A stretch of 64,000 bases of DNA from an uncultured bacterium (GCA_903892035.1 CAITGV010000001.1:226711-290710); one strand, 5' to 3'; counted from the first letter of the stretch, positions 28,923 to 38,738 are shown. The notes: generated by a model not told the origin, from the sequence alone. Program-made: numbers and translations.

Positions 28923-31394
28923 TTGATTTTAATGAAAAAATCATCACAAAAAATCATTGCTGGAGTATTATCTGTAGTACTAATTGCTCAAGTTTTTTTT
29001 CTTATTCCAACAAAAACAGCACAAGCAATTTCAATCGATGACGCAGCAAAATCTTTAACTGGTGCAATCGTTGGCTGTGCAGTGGGTATTGGTCTTCAGG
29101 CAATTGGGGCAACCACGAGTACGGCAGAATCTGCGGCTGCGGCTGCGCTGAGTGTAAGTGTGGTTGATGTTGTTGGTAACGCTCATTTGGGTGCAGTTGC
29201 AGGTGGAACTGCAGCAATAACAAACGTCCAAACTTGTTTAAACGCACTCGGAAAAGCTGCGGCTCAATTGGTATTGAAAGAAATTACCGCTGAAACAGTA
29301 AACTGGATAAACAGCGGTTTCAAAGGTCAGCCTCTTTTTGTAAAAAATCCTGGTTCATTTTTCAAAAGCATTGCCGACGAAGAAATTGGAAAATTTAGCG
29401 TGACAATTTCTGACTCAACAAAATATCCATTTGGAAAAGATTTCTTGAAATCATATTTGCTCGCAGCAAAAGCTGGTTTTGCTGGCAACGCACAATATAG
29501 TCTCGACAAAGTTCTCGCACAAGGAAATGGGGGAGTCGACGTCCACGCGAGTTTGAAATTCGTCGATGGTGGCGACTTCACACAAGGTGGGTGGACTGGT
29601 TGGGAAGCACTAACCCAATCGCCACAAAATAACCCGATTGGTTTTGGACTTTTAGCTGGTGACCAGCTTGGTTTTCAACTTTCTGGCACAGTTCAGTCTC
29701 CTGCAGATGTAGTTCACAGCCAACTTAATCAAAGTTTAGGTTTTCTTACTCCATCTGTCTGCGTTGACCCAAGAAACTATGAAGACCCCTCAAAAGATAC
29801 GAGTTTTACATTATCATCTGCCACAGCTCAAGCATCCCAAGACTATTCTACAAGCACAGATTCATATGACCCAACACAAGCAGCAAAAGATTGGCTGGCA
29901 AAGCACGTTTGTAAACGTTGGGAAACAACTACTCCGGGTGGAGTCATTGCAAATCAAATTTCAGCAACACTCAATGTTCCAAAAGATTCACTGATAAATG
30001 CAAACGATCTAAATTCTGACATCCAGGCAATTATGGATGCACTTCTAAACCAACTTTTTGACAAAGGACTTTCTTCACTTACTGATACTTCTAGTAATAC
30101 AAAAGTTTATGACAATAACAACAGTACCGGCCAAGGAGATAACAGCAACTCCACAAATTCAAGCGGCTCAAGTTGGAATAACAACAATCCAGTTGGTCCA
30201 AATAGTTACGTCCAACAAAACCAAGGAAACAATCCTTATCCAAATTTTGTTTGGCCAGATGATTTACCAAAAGTAATAGCAGACCAAACTGCATATGTAG
30301 ATGCGCTAAAAAATCAAAATAAAACTACACATGACTTGATTCGTGAAATTTATGAATTAGACTTTTGTGTTCCTGGACCACATCCTGGTTGGGAAAATAA
30401 TTTTCAACAAGGCACACAAAGTATAATTAATTCTCTACAAAGTCAGGTACCACAAGGTTCAGGCGCAACCCAAGATGTGATGTTTCAAATAATTAGTGGT
30501 TTGTTTTATCAGGTTTTTGGAGTCCCTGCTCATTTCAATAGTACAACACCCCACGTCGGCCTTGCTGGACAAGATATTGTAAAAGCGTATATGAGCAGTA
30601 TAGACGACCAAAATGGAGATTTTGCTTTTCAAAATAATACTTCCATCGCACCAGATTCAAAAGCGTGGTTCAATAAAATTGATTCCTACAAACAAAAGAT
30701 TAATGATAACGAAAATTCAATTTTGACTTACAATTCACTTATTCGTAGATTGGGTTACTTGCAGGACGAAGCAAAAGTACAAACTGATATAATTAAACAA
30801 TATGGTGGCCCACAAACTGGTCCAACAAATCCAAATATAAGTATGTCACCACAAGTTGATGCAGCACAACAGCAACTTGCTGTACTAAATAAAACCTTCA
30901 ATCGTATATATAAAGAGCTTGTAAATTCGGACATTGTAAAACAAGCAAATGACGAAACTCAGGGAATGATAGACGATATTGCAGATATTTCAAGTAGCTC
31001 TCGACCAGATTCTCTATTAAGTATTTGTATTAAAGAAACAATACCTACCTCTTCTAACCCTACTACTTACGTAGTACATCCATTTCGAACACCCTACATA
31101 GATACAACAAATCCAGATATTGATGCCCAGCATTGGGTTCACCCTGCAACAGTTTCATTTAATCATTTGACGTTCTACTATCCTACAATTTCTACTTTTT
31201 TGCCTTATTATTATATGTATACTTACCAACCAATAAACAGTGACCCAAATTTACACGCAATTAGTGTTGGTAGTAACACAAACTTTAATGATACAAGCAA
31301 CAATATGCCATACGGGCCAATTGGTCCAGATCTTTTGACTGGTCCACACAGAACAGGATTCAGCATTCTGGAACAAAAAACAGGTACTTGGTAA
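28923..31394 (+). CDS. Large secreted hypothetical protein (823 aa)
   Basis: Signal peptide/anchor, then Gly/Ala-rich stretch and Asn/Ser/Thr-rich regions. Part of the T4SS-like cluster. Confidence 0.45.
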   Translation: MILMKKSSQKIIAGVLSVVLIAQVFFLIPTKTAQAISIDDAAKSLTGAIVGCAVGIGLQAIGATTSTAESAAAAALSVSVVDVVGNAHLGAVAGGTAAITNVQTCLNALGKAAAQLVLKEITAETVNWINSGFKGQPLFVKNPGSFFKSIADEEIGKFSVTISDSTKYPFGKDFLKSYLLAAKAGFAGNAQYSLDKVLAQGNGGVDVHASLKFVDGGDFTQGGWTGWEALTQSPQNNPIGFGLLAGDQLGFQLSGTVQSPADVVHSQLNQSLGFLTPSVCVDPRNYEDPSKDTSFTLSSATAQASQDYSTSTDSYDPTQAAKDWLAKHVCKRWETTTPGGVIANQISATLNVPKDSLINANDLNSDIQAIMDALLNQLFDKGLSSLTDTSSNTKVYDNNNSTGQGDNSNSTNSSGSSWNNNNPVGPNSYVQQNQGNNPYPNFVWPDDLPKVIADQTAYVDALKNQNKTTHDLIREIYELDFCVPGPHPGWENNFQQGTQSIINSLQSQVPQGSGATQDVMFQIISGLFYQVFGVPAHFNSTTPHVGLAGQDIVKAYMSSIDDQNGDFAFQNNTSIAPDSKAWFNKIDSYKQKINDNENSILTYNSLIRRLGYLQDEAKVQTDIIKQYGGPQTGPTNPNISMSPQVDAAQQQLAVLNKTFNRIYKELVNSDIVKQANDETQGMIDDIADISSSSRPDSLLSICIKETIPTSSNPTTYVVHPFRTPYIDTTNPDIDAQHWVHPATVSFNHLTFYYPTISTFLPYYYMYTYQPINSDPNLHAISVGSNTNFNDTSNNMPYGPIGPDLLTGPHRTGFSILEQKTGTW

Positions 31395-31467
31395 TTCTCC
31401 ACACTCTCGCATAAATAAATAGCACTTTATTTCATTTTGTGTGATAAAATAAAATAGTTATACGCGG

Positions 31468-34400
31468 GTGCATATGAAAAAAAAGAATTTCATACAAAAA
31501 ATATTGATTGGCTTCATGCTCTGCGTGATTCTTCTCGCGCCTGTTTCTTTGTCTTTAAATAAAAATGATATAAAGAATTTTCTGGGAGGAAATAGAGCCG
31601 AAGCAGCAACGACACCAAATGCCATTCATGCGTCAAAATGGTATTACGTAAGTGATATTTCAGCTACAAGTGTAGGGAATACATCACTTACTTTAAAATT
31701 TAGTTTTAAAAAAATTGATAAATTAAGCATAGCTGTTGAAAGCTACGCAATATTAGTTTCTGTAAATGATGCAAACAATTTTACTACAACAAATGGGATA
31801 TCAACGGTAATTGCTGACGTTGAACCAACAACACAAAGTTGGGCAGATTCACCTGACACAATACCCGACCAAACTGCTACTTTTAATGACTTTTTCCCAG
31901 TAAGAGCACCTACTGACTATTACTTAAAAGCCAAATCAAATCAAACGGTAGGTTTTTTGCTTGGAAATATGGGTCTTTATTCTGATCCAATAAAAGTAAC
32001 CACCTTAGATAAAAACAACTCAATAGACCAACAAAATCAAAATGATCCAAATGCACTAAATTTAACTAATCCTGATCAAATTGATGTAAGTAATGACTTT
32101 AGTTGTGGATTTATTTCTAAAGATTCAAGCATACTGGGTTGTGTTGTTAAAATTACCTATTATGTTGTTTTTGTGCCTGCATCATGGGTATTTGAGTTAA
32201 CTGGAAAATTGTTTGATTTCTTTATTGGATACAGCTTGGACAGTAAATCTTACAGCGGATCAAGCATGATAACTGAAGGTTGGAAAATTGTTCGTGACAT
32301 TTCAAATATATTTTTTATATTTATTTTACTTTACGTTGCCATTGCAACAATTTTAGACTTACATGGTTTTGAAGCAAAGAAAATGATTGGTACTGTGGTC
32401 GTAATTGCAGTATTAATTAACTTTTCATTGTTTTTTACTCAAGTAATTATTGATACAGGAAACATTGCTGCTCGGGTTTTTTATAATGGAATTACAGTAA
32501 ATGGTCCAGACGGAACAGAGCTCAACTCAACTAATGGAAAACAACTTTCTGTTGCAATTGTAAATCAGTTTAAACCTCAGAAAATGTTTAATAAAACATT
32601 ACTAAACGAAAGCACCAGCATAAAGGATAGTAGCGGTAATATTGCGCAATTGGGTACTTCCGGTTATCAGGGATTTTTCATAATTATTACATTAATCGCA
32701 GCAGCAATTTGTTTACTTGGTGCTTACACATTCTTTATGTCTGCTTTTATCTTTCTCGGACGTGTGATTCAACTATGGATTTCAATGATATTCGCCCCTT
32801 TTGCTTTTGTTTCATATGTTGTTCCTGGCGCAAAAGGCATGAAGGGAATTGGTGCAGACTCTTGGTGGAAAGATTTACTTGGAAATGCATTTTTGGCACC
32901 AATTTTTATATTCTTCATTTATTTAATTATTCGATTTTTGAAAATAATCACGATCATTAACATTAGTAACGACGCATCACTTATGAGTATTGTGATGTCA
33001 ATCGTTATTCCTCTCTTAATTATAACTTTCCTTTTGATCAAAGCTCGTAAGATTGCCGAGAGTTTGGCGGGGGACATCGGTGGATATATGGTTACAGCGG
33101 CAAAAGCTGTGGGTGGCACTATTGTTGGAGCATCGATGGGTATTGCAGCTGTGGCTGGAAGGCAGACTGTGGGAAGAGGAGCAAACTGGCTTTCAAGCAA
33201 TAAAACTCTTGCAGAATGGTCATCTGGTAAAAAAGGTTGGGTAGCGCAAGCTCTTGCAAAACCTTTGTCATCGAAAGTAAATACACTTTCAAAATCAAGC
33301 TTTGATGTTCGTAATAGTGCTGGTGGCCAACAAGTTTCATCTCTCACTGGCTTTAACTTAAATAATGCAGGGACAAAATTTGCAACACTCGATACTGCAA
33401 ATACTGCTGGTGGTTGGGTAGGTAAACAGGCTCGCCAAGCTCAAAAAGAAAAAGAAATTGCCGAAAATCTAAACAAAGGTTACGACAAGGCTTTGTTTGA
33501 ACAACAAGATGAAGAAGTCCACCACAGAGAAGAAAAAATTCATGAGAAAGAAGAAGAAATTGCTGCAAAAACACTTAGTAGAGACCAGTTTACAAGAGGT
33601 ACACCACAATGGGAAGAAAATAATAAAGAATTGGCATTAATGAAACAAAATCTTTCAGTATTAAAAACTGGAGGGGTTATGAGAAAATATGTTGAAAAGG
33701 ATGAAATTGATCCTAATACAGGAGAAAAAACAGGTAATAAAATTAAAGTACTCGAAAATGAAAAAGATGCCGATGGTAAAGACAAAAAAACTGATGGCCT
33801 ATCAAAGATGCAGGGTGACCTTGCTAGAATTAAAACTGCACCGGAGACAGAATACTATGCAAATAAGCGTCGTGAATCTGGCCAGGTATTTATGGACGAC
33901 GAGCGTGACAAAAATGGAAACATTAAAAGATTTGGCAGACGCGTCACAGCAAACAATGCAGCTGCATATGAAACAGAAAGACTTACAAAGGATATAAGAA
34001 AACTCAATAACGAAATCGAAACAAGAAGAACAAAAAATCCAAATGATCCGAAAATCAAAGAGTTTGGTGAAAAAGTAACAGATTACGAAAAGAAAATTGG
34101 GGTATTACAATCTGAAAAAACTCTGGTTGATACTTTCCACAAAGATGCTTCGCAAGCAAAAAATAATGTTGCTTCACTAACAAAAGAAATACAAACACTA
34201 TATAAAAAAGGTGATCTAACAACTGCAGATAGAGCAACTATTGCTGAAAAGGAAGCTAAAATTAAAAACGAAACCGCAAAACTTACACCAAATGACGCAG
34301 TTAGTAAGGCAATGAAAAACCAAAAAGACTTAATTGGTGATATTAACTTCAAACAAGGAATGAAACAAATTGGAAAAGAAGCTGTTAAAGGATTCTTTGC

Positions 34401-34725
34401 TGGAGTTACTGATTGGCGTTCATGGGCTACTGCAACAGTCGGTTCAGCTATGGGTAAAAGTTTTGCAAAAGTATTGCTTGGAACTGGGGGTGGGGCTTTC
34501 GAATCAGTAAAACGCGTACTTATGGACTATAGTGGAAGAATGAATCAAGATATTGCAAAAGCGGCGGCGGCGAAGTTTGGAAAGTCTACATATGAAGCTC
34601 CGTCTGGAGGAGGTCACGGAGGTGGTGGACACGATGACCATCATGAAGAAGCACACGCTCCAGCATCAAATGGACACGGAGCAGGAGGTCACGATGATCA
34701 CGGTGGGGGAGGAAATAAACATTAG
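31468..34725 (+). CDS. VirB6/TrbL-like polytopic membrane protein with extracellular N-domain and long cytoplasmic coiled-coil tail
   Basis: Signal peptide and ~230-aa exodomain, at least 6 TM helices in the central region, then a ~550-aa charged coiled-coil C-terminus ending in a His/Gly-rich tail (GGHGGGGHDDHHEE..GGHDDHGGGG). This architecture is typical of Gram-positive-type VirB6 homologs. Confidence 0.5.
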   Translation: MHMKKKNFIQKILIGFMLCVILLAPVSLSLNKNDIKNFLGGNRAEAATTPNAIHASKWYYVSDISATSVGNTSLTLKFSFKKIDKLSIAVESYAILVSVNDANNFTTTNGISTVIADVEPTTQSWADSPDTIPDQTATFNDFFPVRAPTDYYLKAKSNQTVGFLLGNMGLYSDPIKVTTLDKNNSIDQQNQNDPNALNLTNPDQIDVSNDFSCGFISKDSSILGCVVKITYYVVFVPASWVFELTGKLFDFFIGYSLDSKSYSGSSMITEGWKIVRDISNIFFIFILLYVAIATILDLHGFEAKKMIGTVVVIAVLINFSLFFTQVIIDTGNIAARVFYNGITVNGPDGTELNSTNGKQLSVAIVNQFKPQKMFNKTLLNESTSIKDSSGNIAQLGTSGYQGFFIIITLIAAAICLLGAYTFFMSAFIFLGRVIQLWISMIFAPFAFVSYVVPGAKGMKGIGADSWWKDLLGNAFLAPIFIFFIYLIIRFLKIITIINISNDASLMSIVMSIVIPLLIITFLLIKARKIAESLAGDIGGYMVTAAKAVGGTIVGASMGIAAVAGRQTVGRGANWLSSNKTLAEWSSGKKGWVAQALAKPLSSKVNTLSKSSFDVRNSAGGQQVSSLTGFNLNNAGTKFATLDTANTAGGWVGKQARQAQKEKEIAENLNKGYDKALFEQQDEEVHHREEKIHEKEEEIAAKTLSRDQFTRGTPQWEENNKELALMKQNLSVLKTGGVMRKYVEKDEIDPNTGEKTGNKIKVLENEKDADGKDKKTDGLSKMQGDLARIKTAPETEYYANKRRESGQVFMDDERDKNGNIKRFGRRVTANNAAAYETERLTKDIRKLNNEIETRRTKNPNDPKIKEFGEKVTDYEKKIGVLQSEKTLVDTFHKDASQAKNNVASLTKEIQTLYKKGDLTTADRATIAEKEAKIKNETAKLTPNDAVSKAMKNQKDLIGDINFKQGMKQIGKEAVKGFFAGVTDWRSWATATVGSAMGKSFAKVLLGTGGGAFESVKRVLMDYSGRMNQDIAKAAAAKFGKSTYEAPSGGGHGGGGHDDHHEEAHAPASNGHGAGGHDDHGGGGNKH

Positions 34726-34740
34726 AAATTGTTGAATTTT

Positions 34741-34773
34741 TCCCTCTCATTTCAGGAGAGGGTCAGGGTTAGG
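34741..34773. repeat. Second-family hairpin module (CCCTCTC-ATTTCAG-GAGAGGG) downstream of VirB6-like gene
   Basis: 7-bp perfect stem, GC-rich, 16 nt after the stop codon. Same CCTCTC/GAGAGG motif as the repeats at 26701 and 35234. Confidence 0.55.
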
Positions 34774-34811
34774 TAAGATAGTTTGAATTTAATTTATGTT
34801 ACAATAAATAT

Positions 34812-35615
34812 ATGGACAAAGAAAAAGTAATGCAAAGAATAAAAGAAGCTTATGAAATTTTGCCTGAAGATATTCAGAAGGCAATTATGGATTCAAGCTA
34901 TCAAGAAACTCTTACTGACATTGCAAAAAATAATAAACTTACTTACGAGCAACTTGGAAGTTTGGAAATGCAAACTACAATGGTAATGCTCGGTCTCACG
35001 CACCCAAATAGTTTCCGCCACGACCTAGGCGAAGATTTGGAAATTAAAGACCAAGAACTCTTGAAAAAAATTGTTGAAGAAGTGAATGAAAGAATATTTA
35101 AAAATATTCGTGAATCACTCCAAGCAATACATGAAGTAAATGAATCTGACACCGACGACGACAATGAAACTTTTTGGAAAGTTGGTCACGAAAATGAAAA
35201 AGTGCCAGGCGATGGGGAAGATGAAGAGGAAATCACCTCTCCCCAACCCTCTCCTTATAAAGGAGAGGGAGCCCAACCCGCAGTTTCCCCCCTCATTAAT
35301 AAGGAGGGGGGTCAGGGGGGAGGTTCTTCTGACATCTTCAAAAAATCCGGCATTGAATTTATAAACCCCGTAGTAAAAGTTCCAACCCCAATTCCACAAC
35401 CGACAGATACCGAAAGAAATAAAATATTAAGTGGTGTAGAAAACCCTATCGCTGGAACATCGGCAATGAATGTCCCACCCAAAGAAAGTATTTTAGAAAA
35501 AAAACTTACAACTTCTTTTGGTTTGCCAAAAGTTGAAAGTGATCATACTGTTCCGAATATCACAAAAGCTGAAGATAAAAAAGTAAGTAGTGATCCGTAT
35601 CGAGAAGCAATCTAA
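34812..35615 (+). CDS. Acidic hypothetical protein carrying an in-frame palindromic-repeat insertion
   Basis: 267-aa ORF. Residues ~141-175 (ITSPQPSPYKGEGAQPAVSPLINKEGGQGGG) are encoded by a copy of the CCTCTCC/GGAGAGG repeat. Confidence 0.45.
   Translation: MDKEKVMQRIKEAYEILPEDIQKAIMDSSYQETLTDIAKNNKLTYEQLGSLEMQTTMVMLGLTHPNSFRHDLGEDLEIKDQELLKKIVEEVNERIFKNIRESLQAIHEVNESDTDDDNETFWKVGHENEKVPGDGEDEEEITSPQPSPYKGEGAQPAVSPLINKEGGQGGGSSDIFKKSGIEFINPVVKVPTPIPQPTDTERNKILSGVENPIAGTSAMNVPPKESILEKKLTTSFGLPKVESDHTVPNITKAEDKKVSSDPYREAI
35234..35333. repeat. Second-family palindromic repeat copy located inside a CDS
   Basis: CACCTCTCCCCAACCCTCTCCTTATAAAGGAGAGGG...CCCCCCTCATTAATAAGGAGGGGGG. The second hairpin is the reverse complement of the CTCCTTATTAATGAG module at 26770-26790. 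Confidence 0.75.
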
Positions 35616-36025
35616 TGCAATTCAAAGTTCCACAATTTATCGATGTTGAAGACAAGATTTTTGGGCCTTTCAGCTTCAAGGAATTTGCTTACATAGTCGG
35701 AGGCCTAGGTGCTTCATATGTAGTTTATAAAATAATGCCTTTAATTTTAGGTATTTTTCTTATAATCCCCATTCTTGCTCTTGCTGGGGCTCTGACATTT
35801 ATAAAAATCAACAATAGACCATTTATCGATATTCTTCAGTCGGCTTTTCAATACGCATTTCAAGATAAACTTTATGTTTGGAAAAAAGCTCAAAAGAAAA
35901 AGAAAAAAGTTGAAGAGGTGGTCGCAACAGAAAGTTTGGTTCCACGTTTATCTGAAAGTAAATTGAAAGATTTATCTTGGAGTTTAGATGTTTTGGATGC
36001 AAGAAAAAATAGTACTCCAAAATGA
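35615..36025 (+). CDS. VirB3/PrgI-like small membrane protein (two TM helices)
   Basis: 136 aa with two adjacent hydrophobic helices, sited immediately upstream of VirB4, as for PrgI/TcpE/VirB3. Assignment rests on position and topology only. Confidence 0.35.
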   Translation: MQFKVPQFIDVEDKIFGPFSFKEFAYIVGGLGASYVVYKIMPLILGIFLIIPILALAGALTFIKINNRPFIDILQSAFQYAFQDKLYVWKKAQKKKKKVEEVVATESLVPRLSESKLKDLSWSLDVLDARKNSTPK

Positions 36026-36137
36026 AATATTTATAAAAAAAGTCCTCGGGTCTCCTCATCTACGATTCGGCCAGACATTTTTTTATTAACATTTCATTTT
36101 TACGTACAAAGTCACATAACAATGATATAATAAATTT

Positions 36138-36827
36138 ATGGCAGTTAATGCAAAATCGACACAAGGATTTGTACCAATAAAAGAAGTACGCGATGGCATA
36201 GTAATCCTCAAAGATGGGGGAGTGCGCGCAATTCTTATGGCTTCTTCTGTAAACCTTTCACTAAAATCTGCCGATGAACAACGCGCGACAATTGCACAAT
36301 TTCAATCCTTTTTAAATTCTCTAGAATTTTCTACACAAATTGTTATTCAATCTCGCCGTCTAGACATCCGCCCATACCTTTTAACCCTAGAAACTAGAAT
36401 GAAGGATCAACTTGAACCATTGTTAAAAGTTCAAACTCGTGAATATATTGAATTTATCCGTTCATTCACAGAACAAGTAAATATAATGACAAAAAACTTT
36501 TTTATAGTTGTCCCATATTCAACTCCTGCAATTTCACCAGAGGGTGGAATAATGCAATTCTTAGGAATGTCGAAAAAATCTGGCAAAACAGGGGACAAAA
36601 AAGGTGATGCTTTGATTGATTTCGAAGAAAAAAGAAGCCAACTCGAACAACGCACAAGCATTGTTTCCGACGGTCTTTCAAGAATTGGAGTACGGACGGT
36701 GATGCTCGGCACAGAAGAAGTGATAGAATTGTTTTATAAGACTTTCAATCCAGGCGACACGAGTCAGGGTGTAGCACTGCCAGGAAAAGAAAGTGAGGGT
36801 GACGCAAATAAACAACCAAAACAATAA
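36138..36827 (+). CDS. VirB4-family ATPase, N-terminal domain encoded as a separate ORF
   Basis: FVPIKEVRDGIVILKDGGVRAILMASSVNLSLKSADEQ matches the conserved N-terminus of Gram-positive-type VirB4 (TrsE/PrgJ/TcpF). Stop TAA 36825-36827 is followed after 1 nt by the ATG of the next ORF. Confidence 0.6.
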   Translation: MAVNAKSTQGFVPIKEVRDGIVILKDGGVRAILMASSVNLSLKSADEQRATIAQFQSFLNSLEFSTQIVIQSRRLDIRPYLLTLETRMKDQLEPLLKVQTREYIEFIRSFTEQVNIMTKNFFIVVPYSTPAISPEGGIMQFLGMSKKSGKTGDKKGDALIDFEEKRSQLEQRTSIVSDGLSRIGVRTVMLGTEEVIELFYKTFNPGDTSQGVALPGKESEGDANKQPKQ

Positions 36828-36828
36828 T

Positions 36829-38667
36829 ATGAGCATAATAGACGATTTGTTTGGAAAAAAAAATACGAAGGTTGGAACAGACAAACAAGTCCTGCCTGTT
36901 TTGCCGTCTGAAATTTACGAAGCAGCAACTCTAGACTTCCAAGACATCATAGCTCCCTCTGCTTTGCGTGTTGAACCAAAAGCACTAAATCTTGGAGAAA
37001 AATTGGCGCGCACTTATTTTGTCATTTCTTACCCTCGATATCTTACAGACAATTGGTTTTCACCAATCATCAATCTCGATAAAATTTTTGATGTTTCAAT
37101 TTTTATTCACCCGATAGATACAGCAGTAGTATTAAGGCAATTTCAAAAAAAAGTTGCCGAAGTTCAAAGCCAAATAAACGAACGTTCAAAAAAGGGTCTG
37201 GTGCGCGACCCAATGCTCGACACTGCATACCAAGACTTGGAAGGCCTGCGCAACAATTTAATGCAAGCTCAAGAAAAAATGTTTGACGTCGGACTCTACA
37301 TCACAATGTATGCTGACAATGAAAATGAACTTTTCAAAATTGAAAACGAAATCAAATCAATTTTAGAATCTCGCCTAGTATATTTTAAACCAGCTCTCTT
37401 CCAGCAAGAAGAAGCTTTCAAGAGCGTAATGCCGACTGGCACCGACCTCCTAAATATTCACCAAAAATTAAATTCTGAACCACTCTCATCAATTTTTCCT
37501 TTCGTTTCTTTTGACCTCACTTCGGATAAAGGAATTCTTTACGGCGTGAATCGCCACAATTCTAGTCTTGTTATTTTTGATCGTTTCTCTTTGGAAAATT
37601 ACAACTCTATCACTTTTGCAAAATCTGGTTCTGGAAAATCATACGCTACAAAATTGGAAATCATTCGTACATTAATGTTTGATACAGAGGTAATAGTTAT
37701 CGACCCCGAGCGTGAATACGAATACCTTGCAGAAGCCATCGGTGGAAGATATTTCAATATCTCTCTTTCTTCAGATCACCATATCAACCCTTTTGATTTG
37801 CCAATACCAAGAAGTGATGAAAATCCTGCGGACATTTTGCGTTCAAATATCATAAACCTCGTCGGTCTTTTCCGTATTATGCTCGGAGGCTTAACTCCTG
37901 AAGAAGATTCAATTATCGATCGCGCAATCAGTGAAACTTACGCGCTTAAAGATATTTCAGCAGAATCAGATTTTTCAAATATCGAGCCACCACTTTTGTC
38001 TGATTTCGAAATGGTTCTATCTGGAATGGAGGGGAGTGAGTCTATTATTCAACGTCTTACAAAATACACTCGTGGCACGTGGTCTACTTTCATAAACCAG
38101 CCTTCAAATGTGGATATAAATCGTAAATTTGTCGTTTTCTCTGTACGTGATATGGAAGACGAGCTAAAACCAGTGGCAATGTACATAGTCACTCACTTTA
38201 TCTGGAATGCTGTTCGCAAAAACTTAAAAAAGAGGCTTCTTGTTGTGGATGAGGCATGGTGGATGATGAAATCTGACGACACAGCCTCTTTCCTTTACTC
38301 AATTGCAAAACGAGGCCGTAAATATTTCCTTGGTCTTGCGACAATTACCCAAGACGTCGGCGACTTTATGAAAAGCCCGTACGGTGTGCCAATTGTCACA
38401 AACTCTTCAATTCAAATGCTTTTAAAACAATCACCTTCGACTATCGACCTACTACAAAAGACCTTTAACCTTACAGATGAAGAAAAATATCTACTCCTTG
38501 AGTCAAATGTGGGGGAGGGCATATTCTTTGCGGGACTCAAACACGTTGCAATTAAAATTATTTCATCATATACGGAAGACCAAATTATTACTTCCGACCC
38601 ATCGCAGGTTTTAGCAATAAAAAAAGCAAAGGATGATTTGGCGGCAAGTGAATCTGGGCAGAAATAA
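36829..38667 (+). CDS. VirB4-family conjugation/T4SS ATPase, core and C-terminal ATPase domain
   Basis: RTYFVISYPR (VirB4 middle-domain motif), Walker A ITFAKSGSGKSYA, Walker B LLVVDEAWWMM. Confidence 0.8.
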   Translation: MSIIDDLFGKKNTKVGTDKQVLPVLPSEIYEAATLDFQDIIAPSALRVEPKALNLGEKLARTYFVISYPRYLTDNWFSPIINLDKIFDVSIFIHPIDTAVVLRQFQKKVAEVQSQINERSKKGLVRDPMLDTAYQDLEGLRNNLMQAQEKMFDVGLYITMYADNENELFKIENEIKSILESRLVYFKPALFQQEEAFKSVMPTGTDLLNIHQKLNSEPLSSIFPFVSFDLTSDKGILYGVNRHNSSLVIFDRFSLENYNSITFAKSGSGKSYATKLEIIRTLMFDTEVIVIDPEREYEYLAEAIGGRYFNISLSSDHHINPFDLPIPRSDENPADILRSNIINLVGLFRIMLGGLTPEEDSIIDRAISETYALKDISAESDFSNIEPPLLSDFEMVLSGMEGSESIIQRLTKYTRGTWSTFINQPSNVDINRKFVVFSVRDMEDELKPVAMYIVTHFIWNAVRKNLKKRLLVVDEAWWMMKSDDTASFLYSIAKRGRKYFLGLATITQDVGDFMKSPYGVPIVTNSSIQMLLKQSPSTIDLLQKTFNLTDEEKYLLLESNVGEGIFFAGLKHVAIKIISSYTEDQIITSDPSQVLAIKKAKDDLAASESGQK

Positions 38668-38672
38668 AAATT

Positions 38673-38738
38673 ATACCACCCCCGATTCGATTACGAATCT
38701 CCCCCTCCTAAATTAGGAGGGGGTAAAGGGGGTGGTAT
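38673..38738. repeat. GC-rich nested-hairpin repeat element copy 3
   Basis: ATACCACCCCCGATTCGATTACGAATCTCCCCCTCCTAAATTAGGAGGGGGTAAAGGGGGTGGTAT. Same orientation as copy 1. Starts 6 nt after the VirB4 stop. Confidence 0.8.
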
